From contig JAJZIH010000011.1 in the NCBI GenBank assembly GCA_021810635.1, positions 1,422 through 65,421 of the forward strand: a DNA stretch of 64,000 bases. Direction: 5' to 3'. The DNA is from Pseudomonadota bacterium. Lineage in GTDB: Bacteria > Pseudomonadota > Gammaproteobacteria > JAKAQQ01. The notes under the pieces were generated by a model. It saw nothing but the letters and a program-made list of their open reading frames with translations. It did no database searches and was not told the origin of the DNA. Positions 25,170 through 34,500 of the stretch are shown here, one piece after another; position 1 is the stretch's first letter, and every line of letters starts with the position of its first letter. The position numbers and the translations under genes were made by a program.

Positions 25170-26303
25170 CTAGTAGAGAGACCCACCAAAGTATTTACAC
25201 TTCAATCCGGATCCCGCACATTTCGGCCAGACCCCACTCGTCAACCCCGGAGGGCGCCATGGCCGACAAGACCCAGAGGACTCCATTGGTTCTGAACGAT
25301 CGGGAAAGACAGAAGATCCAGGGCATTGCCCAATCCCGCACGGCCCTGCTCCGGGACGTGCAACGGGCGAAGATTCTTTTGGCCTATGCCGACCGCGTTT
25401 CGCTGTCCAGCATTGCGATGCCAACCGGAACGACCCGTCCCACGGTGTACAAGTGCATCGACAAAGCCTTGTCCATGGGCTGGGAGGCGGGACTCAGGGA
25501 CCTTTTTCACCGTCCGAAAGAACCGACAATGACTCCGGAAGCCAAGGCCTGGGCGGTCTCTTTGGGGGCTTGCAGCCGAGCTCTGGACCCACCAGGCCCT
25601 GGCCCACTACATCCGGACCCATTCCACGGGGGGGAAGCGGGCCACCCGTCCCTGTCCCGGCCGGGTGGCCAAGTGCACCGTCCAGAGGATTCTGGACGAA
25701 CAGGAACTGAAACCCCATCAGGTCCGGTATTACCTTGAACGCTGCGGTCCGGAGTTCGACCGGAAGATGCGGGAGGTTCTCATGGTCTACCGCGAGGTGT
25801 CCCTCGCCCCACCCGGAGGAGATCGGGAGGTCTACACCGTGAGCGTCGACGAGAAGCCGGGGGTCCAGGCCCCGGGAGTCACGGCTCCCGATCGGTCTCC
25901 GGTCCCCGGAACACATCCGGCCGTTTCCCGGGACCCTGAAGATGTCCGGATGGGAACGCTTTCCATTCTGGCCGCCCTGGATCTCCATGACGGCCAAGTC
26001 ATCGCCCAGGTCCACGAGCGCCACCGGAGCCGGGAGTTCGTCGAACTCTTGAAGGAACTGGATCGCCATTATCCTCCGGAAGCCCAGATCCGGGTGATCC
26101 TGGACAACCGCTCCGCCCATGTCTCCCAGGAGACCCGGGCCTTTCTTCGCCCTATCCGGGCGGGCAGCCTGGCGGAGCTCAAGGAACGGATTCTTGAAGG
26201 GGTTCAGGAGATCAACGAGAACCCCGTCGTTCGCCGCTGGAAAATTCCGAAGCCATCGAATCGGATGCTAAAGTGCAACTATTTTAGTGGGTCTTTCTAC
26301 GAG
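25170..26303 (+). mobile_element. IS630-family insertion sequence, copy 2 (defective, identical to copy 1)
   Basis: Offset of exactly 2,696 bp from copy 1. All six-frame ORFs within it are identical to those of copy 1. Confidence 0.8.
25259..26303 (+). pseudogene. IS630-family transposase pseudogene (same lesions as copy 1)
   Basis: Translations are identical to copy 1. The reading frame runs out of the element into flanking DNA (25665..26477 ORF). Confidence 0.7.
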
Positions 26304-26304
26304 A

Positions 26305-26332
26305 CCGGGTCGGCCAGAGGAATCCGACCCGG
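26305..26332. repeat. Perfect 9-bp-stem hairpin immediately right of IS copy 2
   Basis: CCGGGTCGG (26305-26313), a 10-nt loop, then CCGACCCGG (26324-26332). No T tract follows. Confidence 0.4.
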
Positions 26333-26476
26333 CCGCTGGATGAGTCCGTCCCCGTTCCCGGCCGCCGGGGAGGGACGTTCGGCTGGGGGCCTCGCCCAGT
26401 GTGCGACAATCTCCCGGTCAGCCGGTCTGAAAGCGGATCCGGCATTTTTGGTTTCCCGAGCGAGAGCCTTGGACTA

Positions 26477-29400
26477 ATGGACTCAACGCCTGTGCGCCCC
26501 CGCCGCCTCTGGGTTCGTGTTCCGGCGGGACTCGTGGCCGTGCTGGTCATCGGGGCGGCGGCCGGGGTGGGCCTGTTTCGCCTGGCCGCCCTGACCGTCC
26601 CGGCGTACCGTCACGAGGTCGAGCAGTGGGCTTCCCGCACCGTCGGCGTGCCGTTGACGATCCGCGGCATCGAAGCGCGCTGGAGCGGCTTGGGCCCCGA
26701 ACTCGTTCTGGATTCCGTGGTCTTGAAGGCTCCGCACCGCCGGACCCCCCTGGCCGGGGCCAGCCAGATCGTGGTGCATCTGTCGATTCCGGTCATGATC
26801 GAGAACGGACGGTTGCTGCCGAGCGGCGTGACCATCCGCGGACTCCGTTTGACGGTCCGGCAAAACGCGGCCGGGCACTGGCAGATGCCCTGGGCGAAGC
26901 CCGGCGAACCCCATTCCTTTCCGTTTGCGACGCTCCTCGCGGTCAGTGCGCACGATGCCCGCCTGCAGTTCCGTGACGCCGTGATCCGGCTGATTCCGTC
27001 CGCCACCCGCCCACCGACCCTTCTTCAAGTCTCCCGCTTCCGGATTGCGGTCCGGGCCGACCAGTACCGCATGATGCTCAGCATGCGGGCTGAGCCCCAT
27101 CTGGTCCGGATGCTTGACCTCCGGGTGCGAGCGCAGGGCTCCCGAACGGACCCCGGTCTCTGGCACTGGCGCGTCCGGGGCGAGGTTCTGGATCTCGCCC
27201 CGGCGGCCCTGGTCCCGCTGGGCCTGGTCCTGCCGGTCCAGGGACTGGACGGGAGCCGGTTGTCGGTCACGCTGGCAGGCGCGGGAATGGGGCGACACCC
27301 CGCCCGCCTCCATGGATCATTGACGGCAATGTGGCCCGACCGGGGCTCCCGGCCAGGCCCCCTTCATCCGGGTCGGGTCCGAATCCAGGGGGGATTCCGG
27401 GTCAACTGGATCAAAAGGCGGGCCGTTCTGTCCCCGATCGTCGTGGCGCGGCCCGGGCATCCGGCCCGTCGCGAGGACCTCGAGATCGGCTGGTCTGGGG
27501 CCGTGGGGGGCCGGGTGGGCTACCGGATCGGGGCCCAGCGGTTTTTCCTGGGCACGCTCTTGCCGTTCGTGCCGTTGGCCGGACCGTCCACCGCACTCCG
27601 CCCGATGGCGAACCTCTTGGGCCGCTTGCGCCCCACTGGCCGGGTGGTCGGGCTGGATGTCCGCCTCGGGCTCACCCCGAACGGATGGGACGTACGTTCG
27701 GCCACGGGACGGTTTGAACGGGTGGGCTGGTCGGCCTGGAGAGGCTGGCCCGGATTCGGGGGATTTTCAGGACATTTCGCCGCGACGGGCCGAAACGGAT
27801 CCGTCTTCCTCAGGCCTTCGACCGTCACGTTCCGCGATCCCGGGATCTTCAGCCGGCCGATCACCCTCACCTGGGGAGGGACCGTACTGTCGTATGAGGC
27901 CCGTCCCAAGGGCCTTTTGGCCCTCACCCCGACCTGGATCCGCTCCCCTGGGTTCGCGGTCGCGGTTCACCAGGCGACCCTCCGTCTGCCGTCCGGAGTC
28001 GGCCGGTCCCCGACAATCCGGCTGGATGCCCGTCTCCGGAACGGCCGCGTGCCGCTCATGGCCGGGGACATCCCCTACGGAATCTTCGGGCCGGGGCTGC
28101 GCCGATGGCTCCACCGGGCGTTGGTCGCGGGCTGGATCCCCGAGGCCCACCTGGTCCTCGACGGGAAACTTTCGGACTTCCCGTTTTCGCATGGGGGCGG
28201 GCGGTTCGAGGTCCGCTTCGCCCTCCGGAAGGCGGAGGTGCATATCGCCTCCGGCTGGCCCGATCTCGTGGTCGATCGGGCAGAGGGGGTTTTCGCCGGA
28301 CCGGGGTTCTCCGTGCGGATCGCGACCGGGATGGAAGCCGGTTTCCCGCTGGCCGGATCCGGCCTCGTGATTCCACACCTCAAGCGGGGCGTCTTGCATA
28401 TCCGGGGCGCCTTTGCGGGCCAGGCCGCAACCCTTGAAAGCTATCTCGATTCGACGCCCCTGTCACGACGCTGGAACGGACTGTTCACCGCTCTCGATCT
28501 CACCGGCCCGCTCGCGGCTTCGGTCCGGATCCGCCTCCCGGTCCATGCACTGGACCGGCCGACGATCCGGGGGCACGTCCGGTTTATCCGGGATCGCTTC
28601 CGCTTTCGGCCCTGGCCCCTCGTGCTCCATCGTCTCAAAGGAGACGTCACCTTCGACAACCTGGCCGTGACGGCTCCGACCCTGACCGCCCGGCTCAATG
28701 GGCACCGACTCACTTTCAATGCGTGGAGGAAGCGGAAGGAAACCCATCTCCAGATGGTGGGAGCCCTGGATGTGGCGAAGCTTGGGTTGCCCGCCCCCTT
28801 GGCCCGGCTCGTTCAAGGGGCTTCCGACTGGCAAGCCGAGCTCGCCTATGCCCCCGCGCATCTGACCGGCCGGCTGCGGTTCAAGGTTCTGACCCACCTC
28901 GTGGGCACGCGCCTCCTTCTGCCAGCTCCGCTGGCCAAGGCCGCCGCCCGGTCCATGACCCTGGATTTGACCGGCGCGCTGGTGCAGGGGGACTCGCGTT
29001 TCCGCATCGCGGGGACCTGGAAGTCGATCGGTTGGATGGGAGTCCGGGGGCGGTTCGTCGATGGCCGGCCGGTCCTGTCCGCCGGCCGGATCGATTTTGG
29101 AGGCCGTCTTGCACCCCTTCCGGCCCACGGGATTCTGGTCACGGGGGGTGTTGGGGAGACCGATCTGTCCGGATGGTGGCGCCTGTACCGGCAGATCCGG
29201 CTTCCAGGGTCGGGCTCTCCCTCCGTCCGGATCAAGGACTTGCATCTCGCCCGCCTGACCGGCTGGGGACAGAAGCTCGGCCCTCTCCTCCTGTCGGTCG
29301 CGGCGGCAACCCGGACCGGGTTTCATTTCCAGGTGGACGGGACGGATCTCGCCGGGACCGGCTTTTTTCCGCCCGCCGGCAGCCACCGCCCGGTCCAGCT

Positions 29401-30322
29401 GCACTTCAGCCGTTTTGAAATCGCGCCACTCGTCCACCTGGCGGGATCCGGCACGAGTCATCTCACGCCGGAGGTCCTGCCGGCCCTGGACTGGTCCAGC
29501 ACGCAAACCCGTTACGGGCGGATTGTGCTCGGCAACGTCATTTTTGACTGGACCCATCCTTCCCCCCACGCTCTCCGCTGTTCCCATGTCGCCCTGGTTT
29601 CGCCCGATCTCCGGATCACCGGGGGCGGGCAATGGGTCTGGAATCGTTCGGGATCCCGCGTTGACCTCAACGCCAAGGTCACGAGCCCGAAGGTCGGTTC
29701 GGCCTTCCGCCAGCTTGACATCAAGCGGATCCTGACGGGTCAGCAGGCCGGGGTTGCCCTGAACCTGGACTGGCGGGGAACTCCCTGGCACCCCGACCGG
29801 ACTTCGCTTGGGGGCACCATCCGGTTTTCCGTCCGGGATGGCCGGGTCCTCGCCATCAAGCCCGGTGGTGCCGGACGCTTCCTCGCGCTCCTCAGTCTGA
29901 ATGCATTGCCGCGCCGGCTCGGCCTGGACTTCAGCGACGTCTTCTCCCGCGGGCTCAGCTATGACCGCCTGCAGGGGATGTTCACCATCCGGCGAGGAGT
30001 GGCCGTGACCCATGACGCCACGCTTTTCGGTTCCTCGATTGCCATCTGGCTCACCGGAAAAACCGATCTCGCCAAACGGAGTTATGATCAGGTGGCACTC
30101 GTCATCCCCCATGTGGGATCCACCCTGCCGATCGCGGGGGCCATTTTCGGTGGCCCGATCGGGGGGGGGATCCTCCTCGCGCTGTCCCGGATCTTCCGGG
30201 GAGTGATCGAAAGCATGAGCGAAACCTACTATCACGTCACGGGACCCTGGCGGGACCCGCGCGTCCACCGGATCAGCGCGGCCCGGGCGCGGGCGCTCGG
30301 CTTCGTGAAGAAGCCCGGGTAG
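26477..30322 (+). CDS. yhdP: YhdP-family (AsmA-like, DUF3971) large envelope protein
   Basis: 1,281 aa. One N-terminal TM segment (LVAVLVIGAAAGVGLF), then a long beta-rich body. C-terminal YYHVTGPWRDPRV signature typical of YhdP. The internal start MDSTPV was chosen. Confidence 0.8.
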   Translation: MDSTPVRPRRLWVRVPAGLVAVLVIGAAAGVGLFRLAALTVPAYRHEVEQWASRTVGVPLTIRGIEARWSGLGPELVLDSVVLKAPHRRTPLAGASQIVVHLSIPVMIENGRLLPSGVTIRGLRLTVRQNAAGHWQMPWAKPGEPHSFPFATLLAVSAHDARLQFRDAVIRLIPSATRPPTLLQVSRFRIAVRADQYRMMLSMRAEPHLVRMLDLRVRAQGSRTDPGLWHWRVRGEVLDLAPAALVPLGLVLPVQGLDGSRLSVTLAGAGMGRHPARLHGSLTAMWPDRGSRPGPLHPGRVRIQGGFRVNWIKRRAVLSPIVVARPGHPARREDLEIGWSGAVGGRVGYRIGAQRFFLGTLLPFVPLAGPSTALRPMANLLGRLRPTGRVVGLDVRLGLTPNGWDVRSATGRFERVGWSAWRGWPGFGGFSGHFAATGRNGSVFLRPSTVTFRDPGIFSRPITLTWGGTVLSYEARPKGLLALTPTWIRSPGFAVAVHQATLRLPSGVGRSPTIRLDARLRNGRVPLMAGDIPYGIFGPGLRRWLHRALVAGWIPEAHLVLDGKLSDFPFSHGGGRFEVRFALRKAEVHIASGWPDLVVDRAEGVFAGPGFSVRIATGMEAGFPLAGSGLVIPHLKRGVLHIRGAFAGQAATLESYLDSTPLSRRWNGLFTALDLTGPLAASVRIRLPVHALDRPTIRGHVRFIRDRFRFRPWPLVLHRLKGDVTFDNLAVTAPTLTARLNGHRLTFNAWRKRKETHLQMVGALDVAKLGLPAPLARLVQGASDWQAELAYAPAHLTGRLRFKVLTHLVGTRLLLPAPLAKAAARSMTLDLTGALVQGDSRFRIAGTWKSIGWMGVRGRFVDGRPVLSAGRIDFGGRLAPLPAHGILVTGGVGETDLSGWWRLYRQIRLPGSGSPSVRIKDLHLARLTGWGQKLGPLLLSVAAATRTGFHFQVDGTDLAGTGFFPPAGSHRPVQLHFSRFEIAPLVHLAGSGTSHLTPEVLPALDWSSTQTRYGRIVLGNVIFDWTHPSPHALRCSHVALVSPDLRITGGGQWVWNRSGSRVDLNAKVTSPKVGSAFRQLDIKRILTGQQAGVALNLDWRGTPWHPDRTSLGGTIRFSVRDGRVLAIKPGGAGRFLALLSLNALPRRLGLDFSDVFSRGLSYDRLQGMFTIRRGVAVTHDATLFGSSIAIWLTGKTDLAKRSYDQVALVIPHVGSTLPIAGAIFGGPIGGGILLALSRIFRGVIESMSETYYHVTGPWRDPRVHRISAARARALGFVKKPG

Positions 30323-30327
30323 AGGCC

Positions 30328-30696
30328 GTGCCCATCTTGCGGCGATCCGGCGGATTGGTACTGGCCTTGGCCTTGGCCGTGGGGGAAGCGGGCCTGCCGG
30401 TTGCGGCCCACGTCCGGGAACGGTTCCCCTTCCCCCGATCCCAGTGGGTGGGGGTGCGCCGCGCCCGCCGGGTGATCCGCTGGCCCGCGGTCCGAAAGGC
30501 CGTCGACGCGTGGATCGAGGCGCCGCAGGATCGGCTGGTGCTGGCCTATCCGGTCGGTCCGGGTGGCCGGTTATGGGCCGTCCAGCTGGCGGACTGGCTG
30601 GTTGCGCTGGGGGTGCCCCGGACCCATCTCCGGCTGCGTCCGCGCGCCACCTTCCACCGCAACCGGCTCTGGATCGAACTCGAACCCCCGTCGTGA
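30328..30696 (+). CDS. Hypothetical exported protein
   Basis: GTG start with a signal-like N-terminus (LVLALALAVGEAG). Its stop overlaps the GTG of the next gene (GTGA). No family recognised. Confidence 0.4.
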   Translation: MPILRRSGGLVLALALAVGEAGLPVAAHVRERFPFPRSQWVGVRRARRVIRWPAVRKAVDAWIEAPQDRLVLAYPVGPGGRLWAVQLADWLVALGVPRTHLRLRPRATFHRNRLWIELEPPS

Positions 30697-31556
30697 AAGT
30701 CCTCCTCGCAGCCATCCAGATGAGAAGTGGCCGTACCGTTGCCGCCAATCTCGAGCAGGCGGACCGTCTCCTCGCGGAGGCGCGACGGCGGCGGGCCGAA
30801 CTGGCCCTCCTGCCCGAAAATTTCGCGCTGATGGCCCAATCCGACCCGGAGCGGTGGGAAGCCGCCGAACGGGGCGGCCGGGGCCCGGTCCAGGACTACC
30901 TGTCACAAACCGCGCGACGCCTCGGGATCGCCCTGATCGGCGGGACGCTTCCGATCCGGTCCGGAACCCGCGTCTATGCGGCCAGCCTGGCCTTCGACGC
31001 CCACGGACGGGTGATCGGGCGCTACGACAAAATGCACCTGTTCGACGTGGATCTGGGCCCCGGCGAGCGGTACCGGGAATCGGCCGGAACCCGTCCGGGC
31101 AACGGCCCGCAGGTCGTCCGGCTTGCCGGGATTCCGGTCGGCCTTTCGGTTTGTTATGACGTCCGATTCCCCGAACTGTATCGTTGCCTCGTCGCGGACG
31201 GGGCCCGGCTTCTCACGGTTCCTGCGGCGTTTACGGTTCCCACAGGCAGGGCCCACTGGACGACCCTGTTGCGTGCGCGGGCCATCGAGAACCAGTGCTA
31301 TGTTCTCGCTGCGGCGCAGTCCGGGCGTCACGAAGGGGGGCGCAGGACCTACGGGCACAGCTGCCTCATCGATCCCTGGGGTCGTCTCGTGGCGGAACGA
31401 CAGGCCCCCGGGCCCGGGATCGTGCTGGGCCACTACGATTCGGGATGCCTGGAGCAGATTCGTGGCCGTCTGCCGGCCCTGCGGCACCGACGCATCCACC
31501 CGGCCGGAACGGGTCCGGGGCTCTCTCGCCACCAAGGGAATCGGGCCGGCCGGTAA
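30693..31556 (+). CDS. Carbon-nitrogen hydrolase (nitrilase superfamily, Nit/YafV-like amidase)
   Basis: Catalytic triad contexts LPENF (E), YDKMHLFD (K) and LSVCYDVRFPE (C). 287 aa from the GTG at 30693. Confidence 0.85.
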   Translation: MKVLLAAIQMRSGRTVAANLEQADRLLAEARRRRAELALLPENFALMAQSDPERWEAAERGGRGPVQDYLSQTARRLGIALIGGTLPIRSGTRVYAASLAFDAHGRVIGRYDKMHLFDVDLGPGERYRESAGTRPGNGPQVVRLAGIPVGLSVCYDVRFPELYRCLVADGARLLTVPAAFTVPTGRAHWTTLLRARAIENQCYVLAAAQSGRHEGGRRTYGHSCLIDPWGRLVAERQAPGPGIVLGHYDSGCLEQIRGRLPALRHRRIHPAGTGPGLSRHQGNRAGR

Positions 31557-31579
31557 GGGATTCCGGCCGGGACCGGGGT

Positions 31580-34500
31580 TCAGGAACCGGCGAGATTGCG
31601 CAGGCTGTGGACGGCGATCGACAGCATCGCGTAGTCGTGGGTTGCATGCGCCCGCATATCCTCCCCGAGCTTCCGGTAATGACCGAGACTCTCGGTGGCG
31701 CCTTGGGACCAGTGCGCGAAGGCCGTCTCGAACGACTGCTCTCCGGCCGGTCCGAGGATTTGGGTGGTGAGGCGCCGGTGCTCCCCGTACAGGTTCTCGC
31801 GGAGGCTGATGCGCGCTTCGGCCTGCCAGAAATCCTGGACCGTGAGTTTTTCGATGGCCTGATCCAGCCAGTCCAACGACAGGGCCTGCCCGATTCGGAA
31901 GTAGAACGAAGCGACGCGGGGGAGGGGTTGCGCCAAGTTTTCGGTCATCGAGACGAGATCGAAGACCGGGTAGAGGGATGACCGGATGGTCAGCTGTTGG
32001 GCCAAGGGCTCCGGCAGTCCGGCCTCGGTGAGCCCGCGGACCCGGGCATCATGGGATTTGCGGAGGGGTTCCGGCAGGCAGTCCAGGAGATGGGTCTCGA
32101 AGGCCGCGACCCCCGGGGCCAAGGTGGCAATCAGGCCGCTCACGTTCAGCGGCCGGGGCCCGTTCAGCAGGAGCCAGCGGGTCAGGTGCCGCAACAGGCG
32201 GACGTTGGCGGTGAACGCCTCCAGGCTCAGGGCCGGCGGGACGGATGCCGGGAGGGCTTCGAGCTCCCGACAGACGGCCTCGGTTCCGGTGACGGTCTGG
32301 CTCACGACGAAGGCACGCACGATCTCGGCCGAGGTCGCCCCGATCTCCTCCTGAAGACGGGTGGCGAAGGTCGGTCCCATGTGGTTCACGAGGTGATTCG
32401 TGATTTCGGTGGTGATGATGTTCCGGGCCAGCGGGTGGCGCCGCATGAAGGGGGTGTAGCGCTTGCGGAGGGCGGAGGGAAAGTAGCGTTCGATCTCGAG
32501 TGAAAGGGTCGGATCCTGGTGGATATCGGAATCCTGGAGATCATGGGCGAGGGCGATCTTGCCGTAGGCCAGGAGGACGGCCAGTTCGGGACGGGTCAGG
32601 CCGCGCTGCAGGTTCCGGCGCTGGGCCAGGACGGCGCTCGGGGGCAGCCCCTCGAGCGCCGGGTTGAGCAGATGACGCTGTTCGAGCTTCCTGACCAGGT
32701 AACGGTGTTCGTCCAGCCGCTGCGGTGCGGTGAACTCGAGGACCGACAGCGCCTGGGCCTGGTCGTAGTTGTGGCGGAGCACATGTTCCGCAATGTCGTT
32801 CGTCATGTCGTGCAGAAGCCGTTCGCGGTGGCGGACAATCGCCCGGCGCTCCTCGGCGGCCACGTTGAGCAGGATCTTGATGTTGACCTCGTGATCGGAG
32901 GTGTCGACTCCAGCCGAGTTGTCGATGAAGTCGGTATTGATCCGGCCGCCGTTCAGGGCATATTCGACACGACCGAGCTGGGTGAATCCCAGGTTGCCGC
33001 CTTCGGCCACCACGCGGGCGCGAATTTCGTGCCCGTTCAGGCGCAGGGCATCGTTGCTGCGGTCGCCGACATCGGCTTGGGTTTCCGTCTGGGCCTTGAC
33101 GTACGTGCCGATGCCGCCATTCCAAAGCAGATCGACGGGGGCGGCCAGAAGCGTGCGGATCAGTTCGGTCGGCGTCACGGAAGCCGCCTCGGTCCCCAGC
33201 ACGGACCGGGCCTCGGGGCTCAGCCGGATCGACTTGGCGCTGCGCGGATAGATGCCGCCGCCGGGGGACAAAAGGTCGCTGCGGTAATCGGTCCAGCTCG
33301 AACGGGGCATGTCGAACAGCCGCTGGCGTTCCTCGAAACTGGTGCGTGGGTCGGGATGGGGATCGATGAAGATATGCTGGTGGTTGAAGGCCCCGATCAG
33401 CTTGAGGTGCGGGGACCGGAGCATGCCGTTCCCGAAGACGTCCCCGGAGAGGTCGCCGATGCCGACGACGGTCACCGGCTCGCGGTCGGGATCGACGCCG
33501 AGTTCCCGGAAGTGGCGCCGGACCGATTCCCATACGCCGCGGGCCGTGATGGCCATCTTCTTGTGGTCATAGCCGATCGAGCCGCCGGAGGCAAAGGCAT
33601 CGCCCAGCCAGAAGTGGAAGTCGGAAGCGATGGCATTGGCCAGATCGGAGAAGGTGGCGGTTCCCTTGTCGGCCGCCACGACCAGGTAGGGGTCGTCCTC
33701 GTCGTAGCGGACCACCCGCTTGGGGGGTTGGACCTGTCCGGAGACGATGTTGTCGGTCAGGGTCAAAAGCCCCTGGATGAAGGTCCGGTAACAGCGCCGG
33801 GCTTCCTCGATGAGGCGGTCGCGGTTGCCGTCCTTGGGCGGTTGTTTGACGTAGAAGCCGCCCTTGGCGCCCACCGGAACGATGACCGTGTTCTTGACCA
33901 TCTGGGCCTTCATCAGGCCCAGCACCTCGGTTCGGAAATCCTCGCTCCGGTCCGACCAGCGGATCCCGCCGCGGGCGATCCGCCCGCCCCGCAGGTGGAT
34001 GCCTTCCACCTGGGGCGCGTAGACGAAGATCTCGTAGAGCGGGCGGGGCAGCGGCAGGTCCGGAACCCGGCTGGAGTCCAGCTTGTAGCTCAAAAAGCGG
34101 TAGCCCTCCGGATCCCGCAAGGGGCGCTGGAAAAAGCTGGTGCGCACCATCGCACCGAGCACGCCGAGGTAGGCGCGCAGGATCCGGTCGTCGTCGCTCG
34201 ATTCCACGCTCTCGAGCTCCGTCCGGAGGGTTTCGAGGCAGGCCTGGGCTTCCGATTCTCGGGTTGCGGAATCCCGGAAGGGATCGAAGCGCACATGGAA
34301 CCAGCGGACGAGGAGCCGGGTGATGGCGAAATGACTGGCCAGGGCGCGGGACATATTGGCCGGCGTAAAAGGGATTCCGGTCTGGATGAGGTATTTGCAG
34401 ATGCTCCGCAGGAGCATGATTTCCCGCCAGGACAATTCGGCGTCGATGGCCAGGCGGTTGAAGTCGTCGTTGGCCGCAAGGCCCGTCCAGATGGCGAGGA

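Larger units (their letters stand above)
22474..26303 (+). mobile_element. Composite-transposon-like unit: two direct IS630-like copies bracketing a 1,562-bp toxin-antitoxin-chaperone cargo
   Basis: 22474-23607 and 25170-26303 give identical six-frame translations, and spot-checked DNA is identical. The intervening 23608-25169 is AT-richer and carries three minus-strand genes. Confidence 0.5.

Noticed and set aside
28463-30748. 761-aa minus-strand ORF
   Set aside because: It is antisense to yhdP and the small exported-protein gene, and the translation is low-complexity Pro/Gly/Arg-rich.
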